From the NCBI GenBank assembly GCA_963801065.1, contig CAWDDG010000009.1, forward strand, positions 18,721-82,720: a DNA stretch of 64,000 nt, read 5' to 3'. Source of the DNA: an uncultured Actinomycetota bacterium (GTDB taxonomy: Bacteria; Actinomycetota; Actinomycetes; Jiangellales; Jiangellaceae). Both the position numbers and the translations under genes were made by a program. Under the pieces are notes generated by a model, which did not search any database, was not told where the DNA came from, and was given only the letters and a program-made list of their open reading frames with translations. Shown here piece by piece: positions 30,269 to 39,514 of the stretch. Position 1 is the stretch's first letter; each line of letters starts with the position of its first letter.

Positions 30269-31279
30269 GTGGTGACAACCGACCTGATCACCAGGGCGCG
30301 GGCCGGGGACGGCGAGGCGTTCCGAGTGCTGACCGAACCGCACCGTCGAGAGCTTCAGGTGCACTGCTACCGGATGCTCGGATCCTTCCAGGACGCCGAG
30401 GACGCCCTCCAAGACACGCTACTGACTGCCTGGCAAGGCCTCGGAGGGTTCGAGGGACGCGCCTCGATCCGCACCTGGCTCTACCGGATCGCCACCAACC
30501 GGTGCCTCAACACGCTTCGCTCGGCCAGTCGACGCCCGGCCAAGGAGTGGGACATGGCCAAGGTTGAACCGCCCGAGCCGACCCGGCTCGGCGAAGTCGT
30601 GTGGCTCGAGCCGTTTCCCGACGCCCTCCTCGAGGGTGCGATCGACGTGCCGCCCGGCCCGGAGGCCCGCTACGAACAGACCGAAGCCATCTCCCTGGCC
30701 TTCGTGACCGCGCTGCAGGTCCTGCCGCCTCGCCAGCTCGCCGTGCTCATCCTGCGCGACGTACTCGGATTCCACGCCAACGAGGTGGCCGAGATGCTCG
30801 ACTCGACCGTCGAGTCGGTCAACAGCACACTCAAACGGGCCCGCTCCAGCATGCAGCGCCGCCTGCCGCCGACCGGCGAGCGCGAACCGCCTCCCGCTCC
30901 CGACTCACCCTCCGAGCAGGCGCTCGTGACAAACTTCGTCCACGCGTACGAGTCCGGCGATGTCGACGCGCTGGTCGCCTTGCTCACCGACGATGTCTTC
31001 GTCTCCATGCCACCGATTCCCCTCGAATACCAGGGCCGCGACGTCGTGGCCCGCCTCTTCGCCAGCATCTTCCGCTCGGGCAGGAGGGTTGACCTCGTGC
31101 CGACGCGAGCCAATGGTCAGCCGGCGTTCGGGGCCTACCTTCGCGCCTCCACCGGCATCCGCCACGGGAGCGGCCTCTTCGTCCTCACCCTCACCGGCGA
31201 CCGGATCTGCGCCTACACCCGCTTCGACAACAGCGTGCTCCCATGGTTCGGGCTGCCGCGATCGCTCCCCAGCCGATAG
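30269..31279 (+). CDS. ECF-type sigma-70 factor with C-terminal SnoaL/NTF2-like extension (TIGR02960-like)
   Basis: 336 aa with region 2 (FQDAEDALQDTLLTAWQGL...WLYRIATNRCLN), region 4 (LPPRQLAVLILRDVLGFHANEVAEML) and a tail of about 120 aa (FVHAYESGDVDALVALLTDDV...). Confidence 0.85.
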   Translation: MVTTDLITRARAGDGEAFRVLTEPHRRELQVHCYRMLGSFQDAEDALQDTLLTAWQGLGGFEGRASIRTWLYRIATNRCLNTLRSASRRPAKEWDMAKVEPPEPTRLGEVVWLEPFPDALLEGAIDVPPGPEARYEQTEAISLAFVTALQVLPPRQLAVLILRDVLGFHANEVAEMLDSTVESVNSTLKRARSSMQRRLPPTGEREPPPAPDSPSEQALVTNFVHAYESGDVDALVALLTDDVFVSMPPIPLEYQGRDVVARLFASIFRSGRRVDLVPTRANGQPAFGAYLRASTGIRHGSGLFVLTLTGDRICAYTRFDNSVLPWFGLPRSLPSR

Positions 31280-31339
31280 CCAGCTTCCACCCTCGGGAGC
31301 GCGCTCTCTGTCGTTTCAACTCCCGTCGGCGGCTCCCCG

Positions 31340-31765
31340 TCAGGACGCTTCGGTTCGGGCGTTGAGGATCTCGAGGTAGTGGCGGTTTTCCATGATGCCC
31401 AGGACGTTGTCGAAGGGGTCGACGACCGAGGCGGTGACGAACCCGGGGCCGCGCTCGGTGAGTGCCTCGAGCTGCTTGGCACCCAACGACACCATTCGGT
31501 CCAGGGTCGCGGCCACGTCATCGACGTGCCAGTAGACGATGCTCCCGCCTGGGCCGGCGGCCAGTTCAGCCGGGGCGAAGCGCCGGTCGATGATGCCAAG
31601 CTCGTGCTCGTAGTCACCAATGCGGAACTCGACGTAGCCCGGTCCAAGCCCGGCGGCCTCGCTGCGGAAGTAGGGCTCGATGCCCAGCAGCTCGGTGTAC
31701 CAGCGGGTCGCCGCCGGCAGGTCGTCGGCCCACAGGCTGAGCGTGCTCATACCACGCAGCATGTG
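31340..31765 (-). CDS. VOC (glyoxalase/bleomycin-resistance) family protein
   Basis: The start is placed at the ATG at 31765 (MLRGMSTLSLWADDL...), which has AGGAGA 6 nt upstream and TAGCGT as a -10 at 31799-31804. Confidence 0.8.
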   Translation of the reverse strand, partial: HMLRGMSTLSLWADDLPAATRWYTELLGIEPYFRSEAAGLGPGYVEFRIGDYEHELGIIDRRFAPAELAAGPGGSIVYWHVDDVAATLDRMVSLGAKQLEALTERGPGFVTASVVDPFDNVLGIMENRHYLEILNARTEAS

Positions 31766-31891
31766 GAGTCTCCTTTCGTTGCCCATGTCGATGCGTCCAC
31801 GCTATCGGTTGCCTCCGACAAATCTGGGTCGGCAATTGTGGAGGCTGACCCTGCGGCCGGCCGCGTGGCCGGCAGTGTCGGAGCGTCGCGT

Positions 31892-31897
31892 TAGCGT
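31892..31897 (+). promoter_or_regulatory. -10 hexamer TAGCGT positioned for a leaderless transcript of the YdeI-like gene
   Basis: Six nt separate it from the ATG at 31904, and there is no Shine-Dalgarno. Confidence 0.35.
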
Positions 31898-31903
31898 CGG
31901 CAT

Positions 31904-32485
31904 ATGTCGACGAAGCCTGAGGCAGACGTGGCCGACGTGATCGCATTCCGCGACGCCGCCGAGTTCGAGGCGTGGCTGGCCGAGCACGTCGACCGGAGGC
32001 TCGGAGTGTGGCTCAAGATCGCGAAGAAGGAGTCCGGCGTTGCCTCGTTGACCGACGACGAGGCGGTCGATATCGGCTTGTGCTACGGCTGGATCTCCGG
32101 CCAGCGCAGGGCATACGACGAGGTGTACTACCTGCAGAAATACGTCCCGCGCCGGCCGCGGAGCCGATGGTCGCGGGTGAACGTGCGCAAGGTCGAGGCG
32201 CTCATCGCGGCCGGGCGGATGCGACCGTCCGGCCTCGCCGAGGTCGAGGCCGCCAAGGCCGACGGACGGTGGGACGCCGCCTACGAATCTCAGAAGCATG
32301 CCACCGTCCCGCCCGATCTCGCCGCCGCCCTGGCCGCGAGCCCCCGGGCGGCCCAGGCCTTCGAATCGCTCACCAAGACCAGCCAATACGCCGTGATCCT
32401 TGACCTCGTCACCGCCCGTACCCCCAGGACCCGGTCTGCGCACCTCCGCAAGGCCATGACTGCCCTGGAAGCACGCGGTGCCTAG
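31904..32485 (+). CDS. YdeI/OmpD-associated family protein
   Basis: 193 aa with ...FRDAAEFEAWLAEH...GVWLKIAKK.SG..SLTDDEAVDIGLCYGWISGQRR..., typical of the family. Confidence 0.78.
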   Translation: MSTKPEADVADVIAFRDAAEFEAWLAEHVDRRLGVWLKIAKKESGVASLTDDEAVDIGLCYGWISGQRRAYDEVYYLQKYVPRRPRSRWSRVNVRKVEALIAAGRMRPSGLAEVEAAKADGRWDAAYESQKHATVPPDLAAALAASPRAAQAFESLTKTSQYAVILDLVTARTPRTRSAHLRKAMTALEARGA

Positions 32486-32502
32486 GGAGTCACGCGGGTT
32501 CA

Positions 32503-32625
32503 TCAAGAGGCGGACGCGACCTTCCAGAGGTAGCCGTCCGGGTCGCTGAAGTACCCGAAGTGCCCCCACTGAGTGGCTGCTGCTTCCTTCACGACGCCGC
32601 CACCGGCCGCCACGGCGTCTCCCTT
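32503..32625 (-). pseudogene. C-terminal remnant of a VOC/glyoxalase gene
   Basis: My own translation is *KGDAVAAGGGVVKEAAATQWGHFGYFSDPDGYLWKVASAS*. This is a 40-codon tail with the WG..GYF.DPDG..W motif, preceded by an in-frame stop and no N-terminal part. Confidence 0.55.
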
Positions 32626-32630
32626 CTACG

Positions 32631-32658
32631 TTGCGTTGAATACCTCAACCTGTATATG
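32631..32658 (+). promoter_or_regulatory. candidate promoter of the DUF4389 gene (TTGCGT-16 nt-TATATG)
   Basis: This is a locally AT-rich stretch 114 nt upstream of the ATG at 32772. The -10 lacks the final T, so the call is weak. Confidence 0.25.
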
Positions 32659-32771
32659 ACGAAACGAGGCGGCAACGTGTGACCGGCGCGCGAGATGCCA
32701 CCCGATCCACTGCTCGAGGCCCACCCAAACGATGTCCGGAGGGTCTACCCTCGACGACCGGAGGAGACGAC

Positions 32772-33500
32772 ATGACAGATAGTCCAGTCACCGTACGCGC
32801 GCATCTCGACGAGCCCCTGTCCCGCTGGCTGTGGCTGGTGAAGTGGCTGCTCGCCATCCCGCACTTCATCATCTTGATCTTCCTGTGGATCGCGTTCTTC
32901 GTGGTGACGATCATCGCGTTCTTCGCGATCCTGTTCACCGGGCGCTACCCGCAGGGCCTGTTCGAGTTCAACGTCGGCGTGATGCGGTGGACCTGGCGGG
33001 TGGGCTACTACACCTACGACGGGCTCGGCACCGACCGGTACCCGCCGTTCTCCCTCGCCGACGACCCTGATTATCCGGCCGGGCTTCAGGTGGAGTACCC
33101 ACAGGCGCTCTCACGCGGACTCGTGCTCGTCAAGTGGTGGCTGCTCGCAATTCCCCACTACGTGATCGTCGCCCTGTTCGTCGGCGGCTGGGGAGGCGGG
33201 AACTGGGGCAGCGGGAACGGGGACGACAGCCGGAATTGGGGCTGGGGCTGGGACGGGGGCTGGGAAGGGGGTTCGGCATCAGCAGGCCTGATCGGCGTCT
33301 GCGTGTTCTTCGCCGCCGTCGCCCTGCTGTTCACCGCGCGCTATCCGCGCGGGCTCTACGACTTCGTCATGGGGATGAACCGCTGGGCGCTGCGAGTCGT
33401 GGCCTATGCCGCGCTGATGACCGACAGGTACCCGCCGTTCCGCCTCGATCAGGGCGGCACCGAGAGAGCCGAACCCGAAGCGGTTCCGACGAACCCGTAG
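32772..33500 (+). CDS. DUF4389 domain membrane protein (two repeats)
   Basis: The ATG at 32772 is preceded by GGAGGAG. WLVKWLLAIPHFIIL...FTGRYPQGLFEF..GVMRWTWRV..Y......DRYPPFSL is repeated as LVKWWLLAIPHYVIV...FTARYPRGLYDFVMGMNRWALRV.AY..LMTDRYPPFRL. Confidence 0.85.
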   Translation: MTDSPVTVRAHLDEPLSRWLWLVKWLLAIPHFIILIFLWIAFFVVTIIAFFAILFTGRYPQGLFEFNVGVMRWTWRVGYYTYDGLGTDRYPPFSLADDPDYPAGLQVEYPQALSRGLVLVKWWLLAIPHYVIVALFVGGWGGGNWGSGNGDDSRNWGWGWDGGWEGGSASAGLIGVCVFFAAVALLFTARYPRGLYDFVMGMNRWALRVVAYAALMTDRYPPFRLDQGGTERAEPEAVPTNP

Positions 33501-33552
33501 CGAGCCATGAGCGGTCCGCTTCCCGTCGAACCGCCATGGTAGTAACGCTGCT

Positions 33553-34722
33553 GTGAAGCGGATCGGGATCGACGAGCGGCGGGCGCGCCTCGCCGTCAGG
33601 CATCACCTGTCGCCCTCCGCCGTCGCACCGACGCCGGAGGAAGCCGCCCGCGGCGTGGTTGCCCTGCACGCCACAGATCCCTCCTCGGTGTTCCTGTCAG
33701 TGCATGCCCGCACCGCACCAGCGGACGTCGGGGCGATCGAGAGGGCGCTCTACGAGGAGAGGTCACTGGTCCGGATGCTCGGCATGCGCCGCACGATGTT
33801 CGTCGTGCCCGTCGAGCTGGCACCGGTGATCCAGGCCGCTTGCACCGACGCGATCGCCACCCGGCAATGGCGCACGTACACGCAGCTGTTGGAACAGGGC
33901 GGCGTGGGTGACCGTGCGTGGCTCGAGGATGTCGTGGAGTCGACCGCGCGGGCACTCGCCGCTCGTGGCGAGGCGACCGGCGCGGAGCTGTCCATCGACG
34001 AACCACGCCTGCGCACGAAGATGCTCGTGGCCGAAGGCAAGCCGTATGCGGCGCAGCAGAACATCACCACCTGGGTTCTCTTCCTGCTCGCAGCCGAGGG
34101 CCGGATCGTCCGCGGCCGGCCACGCGGCACGTGGACGAGCAGTCAGTACAACTGGTCGCCGGCCGAGACGTGGCTGGCCGGCGGGATGGCTGAACTGCCG
34201 GTCGAGCCCGCGCGGGTGGAGCTCGTTCGACGGTGGCTGGCGGCATTCGGTCCAGCAACGGTCGCCGACGTCAAGTGGTGGACCGGTTGGACGCTCGGTC
34301 AGGTCAAGCTCGCGCTGGCCGAGATCAGGCCGGAAGAAGTCGACCTGGACGCGACGACCGGACTCGTCCTTCCGGACGATCTCGAGCCTGCGTCGCCGCC
34401 CGACCCGTGGGTCGCGCTGCTGCCCGCGCTGGACCCGACGGCGATGGGCTGGTCGGAGCGGTCCTGGTATCTCGGCGACCACGCATCGGTGCTCTTCGAC
34501 CGGTCGGGCAACGTCGGACCGACGGTATGGAGCGACGGTCGGATCGTCGGCGGTTGGGCACAGCGAGGGGATGGTGAAGTCGTCTACCGGCTGCTGGAGG
34601 ACGTCGGAAGCGACAAGGCCACGGAGGTCGACGCAGCCGCCGACCAGCTCGCCGGGTGGATCGGCGGCGTCCGGGTGACCCCGCGCTTCCGCACACCTCT
34701 GGAACGGGAACTGACCGCGTGA
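33553..34722 (+). CDS. winged-helix DNA glycosylase, YcaQ/AlkZ-like family
   Basis: 389 aa with a GTG start. RRARLAVRHHL........EAARGVVALHATDPSSVFLSVHAR and ...RMLGMRRTMFVVP are typical of the family. Confidence 0.75.
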   Translation: MKRIGIDERRARLAVRHHLSPSAVAPTPEEAARGVVALHATDPSSVFLSVHARTAPADVGAIERALYEERSLVRMLGMRRTMFVVPVELAPVIQAACTDAIATRQWRTYTQLLEQGGVGDRAWLEDVVESTARALAARGEATGAELSIDEPRLRTKMLVAEGKPYAAQQNITTWVLFLLAAEGRIVRGRPRGTWTSSQYNWSPAETWLAGGMAELPVEPARVELVRRWLAAFGPATVADVKWWTGWTLGQVKLALAEIRPEEVDLDATTGLVLPDDLEPASPPDPWVALLPALDPTAMGWSERSWYLGDHASVLFDRSGNVGPTVWSDGRIVGGWAQRGDGEVVYRLLEDVGSDKATEVDAAADQLAGWIGGVRVTPRFRTPLERELTA

Positions 34723-34849
34723 GCACAGTCGCGCGAATCCGGGAGTACCCAGTCCTGTCGGCACGCGCTAGCGTCCTGGACATCTGAACGTCACGTTCCA
34801 CGCGTACTCCTGGTCGGCAGTGCAGCCGGCCACTCCTTCTGGAGGGAAC

Positions 34850-36091
34850 ATGCCCAAGCGGTTAGCCCGATGGGGGCTCGTCGGGACGGCCCTCGCCCTG
34901 ACCATTCCGATGGCACCGCAAGCGCAAGCAGACTCGCCGCACGGCGAACAGGACGAGGTGAGGTTCGCGACGTACAACGCGTCGCTCAACCGGGCCATCG
35001 AAGGTGAGCTCGTGGCGGATCTCTCGACGCCCGACGACGTCCAGGCGCAGACGGTCGCGGAGATCATCCAGCGGGTCCGTCCGGACGTCCTGCTCATCAA
35101 CGAGTTCGACTTCGACGCATCCGGCACCGCGGCGGGGCTATTCCAGCAGAACTACCTCTCCGTTCCGCACAACGGCGCCGACCCGATCGACTACCCGTTC
35201 CGCTTCGTCGCCCCGTCCAACACCGGCGTCCCGTCCGGCTTCGACCTGGACAACAACGGCAGCGTCGGGGGCGGAAACGACGCCTTCGGCTTTGGCGCGT
35301 TCCCAGGACAGTTCGGCATGGCCGTGTACTCGCGGTACCCGATCCTGACCCCGCTGGCCCGCACGTTCCAGAACTTCCGGTGGGCGGACATGCCCGGCGC
35401 GCTTCTGCCGGACGACCCTGCCACGCCGGCGCCGGCCGACTGGTACTCAGCCGAGGAGCTCGACGTCTTCCGGCTGTCGTCGAAGAGCCATTGGGATCTG
35501 CCCATCCTGGTCGAGGGACGCATCGTCCACCTGCTCGCCAGCCACCCGACGCCACCAGTGTTCGACGGGCCCGAGGACCGTAACGGCACCCGCAACTTCG
35601 ACGAGATCCGGTTCTGGGCCGATTACGTCTCCGGGGGACCGACCGCCGGGTACATCTACGACGACGAGGGCCAGGACGGCGGCCTTCCCCAGGGTTCCTC
35701 GTTCGTGATCGTAGGGGACCAGAACTCCGACCCTCTCGATGGCGACAGCATCGAAGGCGCGGCACAACAGCTCCTCGAGCACCCGAGGGTGAACGCTGGT
35801 GTCGCCCCGGACAGTGAGGGCGCCGTCGAACAGTCAGGACTGCAGGGCGGGGCCAACCTGACCCATGAGAGCGACCCGCGTTTCGACACCGCCGACTTCA
35901 GCGACACGGCGCCAGGCAACCTGCGGGCCGACTACGTCCTGCCCAGCAAGAACCTCCGGATCGCCGATTCGGCGGTGTTCTGGCCGCTGAGTTCTGACCC
36001 CTTGTTCCGGCTGGTCGGTACGTTCCCGTTCCCCAGCTCAGATCACAAGCTGGTCTGGGTCGACGTACGAACGAATGGCGGCCGCAACTGA
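34850..36091 (+). CDS. secreted endonuclease/exonuclease/phosphatase (EEP) family protein
   Basis: The ATG at 34850 is preceded by GGAGGG. The signal peptide is MPKRLARWGLVGTALALTIPMAPQAQA. The EEP core includes RFATYNASLNR, VLLINEFD and the C-terminal SDHKLVWVD. Confidence 0.8.
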   Translation: MPKRLARWGLVGTALALTIPMAPQAQADSPHGEQDEVRFATYNASLNRAIEGELVADLSTPDDVQAQTVAEIIQRVRPDVLLINEFDFDASGTAAGLFQQNYLSVPHNGADPIDYPFRFVAPSNTGVPSGFDLDNNGSVGGGNDAFGFGAFPGQFGMAVYSRYPILTPLARTFQNFRWADMPGALLPDDPATPAPADWYSAEELDVFRLSSKSHWDLPILVEGRIVHLLASHPTPPVFDGPEDRNGTRNFDEIRFWADYVSGGPTAGYIYDDEGQDGGLPQGSSFVIVGDQNSDPLDGDSIEGAAQQLLEHPRVNAGVAPDSEGAVEQSGLQGGANLTHESDPRFDTADFSDTAPGNLRADYVLPSKNLRIADSAVFWPLSSDPLFRLVGTFPFPSSDHKLVWVDVRTNGGRN

Positions 36092-36225
36092 CCCATCACG
36101 GTGCGGGCCGCGTCACCCAGACCCGTGCCACGGCATCCCAGTGGACCACGGATCCCTCTGCCAACCGGTCGAGATCGAGCTCGGTGAGTTGACGCAACGA
36201 CGCTCGAGGTCCCGCGGCGGCGGCG

Positions 36226-37419
36226 TTAGGCCAACTCGCGATTGAGCTGCTCGGTGATCACGAGCCCGGCGAGCAACGCCGTCGTCAGACCGGCGACCAC
36301 CAGACCTGGGACCGTAGCTGCCAGTGGCACGGCAGCCACGAGCAGGATCACCACGGCCGCTCGCGGCCATCGCTGACGACGCCCGACGCTTGCCCCGAAC
36401 GCCATCAGCCCGATCAGGTAGAGCGCGGGGCCACCCAGCGTCACGATCGCGCCGGCGACATGCAACTCGTCTGACGGATGCGCGACCACTAGCTCGTCAC
36501 CCACCGCCGTGAGGATGATCCCCGCAACGATCGGGATGTGCAGGTACGTGTAGGCGTTGCGGCCGAGCTGACCTGCTTCCTCGAGCGGGCCGCTGATCCG
36601 CCGCACCGCGGAGCCCGCGGTCTGCCCGAAGTACAGCCACCAGAGTGCCGTCGAGCCGAGGAAGGCAACCCCCAGGGCGACGACGACCGCCACCGTGAGC
36701 TCGACCGCCGAGGCCGTCACCCCTGTCAGCACGATGCTTTCCCCGAGCGCGATGATGATGAAGAGCTGGAACCGTTCGGCGAAATGGCCGCCGTCGATCT
36801 GCCATTGGCTCATCGGCGTCCCACCGAAGCCCGGCAACCAGTAGCGGGCCATGGGCGCGACCAGATCCAGCCCGAGCGCACTCACCCAGATCGCCCACCG
36901 CGCTCCACCATCGGCGAAGGCACCACCGATCCACAGCGGCGCCGACAACACGCTCCAGGCGAGGATCTGCTGGAAGTTGCGGTTGAAGTCGCCGCGCGGC
37001 GTGACCGAGACGACGAACGCGTTGCGTCCGACCTGCAGTGCCACGTAGCTGGAGGCGAACAGCAAGCCGTGCTCGTCGAACGCAGCGGGAATCGCCACCG
37101 ACATCAACAGGCTCGCCAGCATCACGAAGGCCAGCACCAGCCGGACTGGCACCGTCTCCGGGTCGAACCAGTTGGCCATCCACGTCGTGTAGTTCCAGGC
37201 CCAGTAGACGGCCAGCAGGAGGAAGGCCGTCTGCGCTGCGCCCTCCCAGCTCAGGTTCTCGAGCAGATGATGAGACAGCTGGGTGATCGCGAACACGTAG
37301 ACCAGGTCGAAGAACAACTCGAAGAATGTCGCCCGGTGCTCGCTGGCTCGGCTGCGGATATAGGGAATGTCGGGGACGACGTACGCGCCAGGCCGCGCAG
37401 CCTCATCGGACATGGTCAT
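36226..37419 (-). CDS. low temperature requirement protein A (LtrA) family membrane protein
   Basis: ATFFELFFDLVYVFAITQLSHHL...LLAVYWAWNYTTWMANWF is the LtrA signature. It has about 10 TM helices. The start could be 37413, 37419 or 37428. Confidence 0.85.
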   Translation of the reverse strand: MTMSDEAARPGAYVVPDIPYIRSRASEHRATFFELFFDLVYVFAITQLSHHLLENLSWEGAAQTAFLLLAVYWAWNYTTWMANWFDPETVPVRLVLAFVMLASLLMSVAIPAAFDEHGLLFASSYVALQVGRNAFVVSVTPRGDFNRNFQQILAWSVLSAPLWIGGAFADGGARWAIWVSALGLDLVAPMARYWLPGFGGTPMSQWQIDGGHFAERFQLFIIIALGESIVLTGVTASAVELTVAVVVALGVAFLGSTALWWLYFGQTAGSAVRRISGPLEEAGQLGRNAYTYLHIPIVAGIILTAVGDELVVAHPSDELHVAGAIVTLGGPALYLIGLMAFGASVGRRQRWPRAAVVILLVAAVPLAATVPGLVVAGLTTALLAGLVITEQLNRELA

Positions 37420-37431
37420 GCACCCCACTGT

Positions 37432-37700
37432 CGTAGCAAGGACTCGGCCTTTGCGACGTCGATTCTGGCCGGGTGGTCGCGCACCAACCAGGCCAGGAAC
37501 CCAACGCCGTACCCAGGGCCGGGATTGGCGGCCTCCCGTGCCTCAGCCCGTACCCAGTCGGCCTTTCGTCGTGGACGCCCACCATCCCAAGCGCGCCCGC
37601 TCGACACACGGCCGCAGCGAATCGTCCGCCAGAGGCGCCGCCCATCGGCGCCGACACGACCGGCACCAGGACGGCGAACATCTCGGTCAACCACGCCGTC
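37432..37700 (-). pseudogene. N-terminal remnant of a nitronate monooxygenase-like flavoenzyme gene
   Basis: LTEMFAVLVPVVSAPMGGASGGRFAAAVCRAGALGMVGV resembles the NMO N-terminus. After a shift it continues in a second frame (...EAREAANPGPGYGVGFLAW...) and is cut off at the LtrA start. Boundaries are approximate. Confidence 0.45.
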
Positions 37701-37883
37701 AGCACGACGACGAGTGTCGTAGCCCAGCACCCGGCCAGCAAGGGCATGGCCAGCCGTCCGTGGAGTCGCGAGCAGGTTGTCCTAGGCCCGTTTCCGGCGT
37801 GGTTCACCGTGGGTGAACGCGGCGCCGGAGGTGGCCTGTGGACAAGGCATCGAGTGTCGGCAGGGCCGGCTAGACTCGAACGC

Positions 37884-39358
37884 ATGTTCGAAGTCTCGGA
37901 TGCGGGGTCCGGCCGTCGTGGTGACACGGCGGGCGGGCCGGATCTGGGTGGGCTGGAGCGGATGCCGCCGGGCGCCGGGGCTGGCGGGGTTGCTGGAGCG
38001 GGTGGACCCGGCCGCGGTGTCCGACGCGGACGACCTGGTGGAGCTGGTGGCGGCCTGCCGGCGGATCAAGGCCTGGGCCGACGGCATCGAGGTCGAGACC
38101 GCGGCCGCGCTGGCCAGCCATCCGGTGTGCGACGACATGAGGCGGCCCGGCACGGGTTCACGCCGATCCGGGCCGCCGGCCAGCTGATCGCCGCGCGGCT
38201 GGGTCTCGCCCCGAGCACCGGGGCGGACCGGGTGGCCACCGCCACCCAACTGGTCGACGAGCTGCCCGACACGGTCGCCGCGATGCGCGCCGGACAGATC
38301 GACTACCCGAAGGCGGCCGCGCTCGCGGTCGGGTCCGGGCGTTGGATCCGCCGGACCGGATGGCCGACCGGATCACCGGGGAGATGGTCACCCCGGACGG
38401 GATCCGCCGCGGGCTGGTCGCGCAGGTCGAATCCGCGGTGCTGCCCAGGGCGGGTGGCCGGTCGCTGCGGCAGCACCGCGACGCCATCGCCCACGCGGTG
38501 GCCGCGGTGGCGCCCCGAACCGCCGAGCAACGCCACCGAGGAGGCCCGCCAGGACCGGCACGTCGCGTACTCGCCGGCGCCGGATGCGATGGCCTGGCCG
38601 AACACCTACGGGCCGGCCGAGGACGTCACCGCCATCAAGCTGATGCTGGACGCGGCCGCCGACGCCGCGAAGACCGCCGACCCGGCCGATCCGCGCACCC
38701 TGGACCAACTGCGCTTCGATGCGCTGGCCGCGCTGGCCTGGGCGTCCCTGGACTCCGGGCACCTGGGCGGCTGCGAGCACGCCCCCCGGCTCGGTGCGCG
38801 GCACGGCCGGGCCGCAGCCGTCGCGGTGACGGTGCCGCTGTCCACCCTGATCGGCCTCGACGACACCCCGGCCCAGCTCGCCGGGTACGGCCCGATCACC
38901 GCCGAGGTGGCCCGGCGGATCGCCGCCGCCGGCACCTGGCGGCGGCTGCTCACCGACCCCGCCACCGGCGCCCTCCTCGACCACGGCCAGACCCGCCACA
39001 CCCCGCCGCAGGACCTGATCGACCACCTCATCGCCCGGGACCGGACCTGCAGGTTCCCCACCTGCTCGCAGCCGGCGCGACGCTGCCAGATCGACCACAC
39101 CATCCCGGCCGGCGCACCCGGCTGGACCACCTCAGCCGGCAACACCGGGCCGCTGTCCGGCGGCTGCCACAACGGCAAAACCCACGCCGGCCGGCACCTC
39201 GAACAACCGAGCCGGGCCACTTCCGATGGCGGGCACCCACCGGCCACACCTACCAGGTCGAACCCGAACCAGTCGGCCCCATCACCGTGGGCCCGGAACC
39301 GGAACCACCCGGCGACCCCCCGGAGCCGGATCCCGGCGACGACATCCCACCGTTCTGA
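37884..39358 (+). pseudogene. DUF222-HNH endonuclease (13E12-type) with five frame changes
   Basis: The path runs through frames 0, 1, 0, 2, 0, 2. It reads MFEVSDAGS.. / PGLAGLLERVDPAAVSDADDLVELVAACRRIKAWADGIEVETAAALA / FTPIRAAGQLIAARLGL...MRAGQIDYPKAAALA / LDPPDRMADRITGEMV...AAVAPRTAEQRHR / EEARQDRHVAYSP...RDRTCRFPTCSQPARRCQIDHTIP...CHNGKTHAG / FRWRAPTGHTYQVEP. Confidence 0.8.
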
Positions 39359-39514
39359 CCCCGGCGAACACTGTTCTGACTCGGCGGACGCCATCCTTAC
39401 CCCGGCGAACGACGACAGCACATGTCGGCGCCCGCCCAGGACGGCTCCACCTCATCGCGGGCTCGCGGTCGAGGTCAGCGAGTGTGACGCGCAGCAGGCG
39501 ACCACGATCCCTAC

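Noticed and set aside
36092-36225. Minus-strand reading ...SLRQLTELDLDRLAEGSVVHWDAVARVWVTRPAP* between the EEP and LtrA genes. It was considered as another gene remnant.
   Set aside because: It is only about 40 codons with moderate GC3 and no motif I recognise, so it cannot be supported without a database search.
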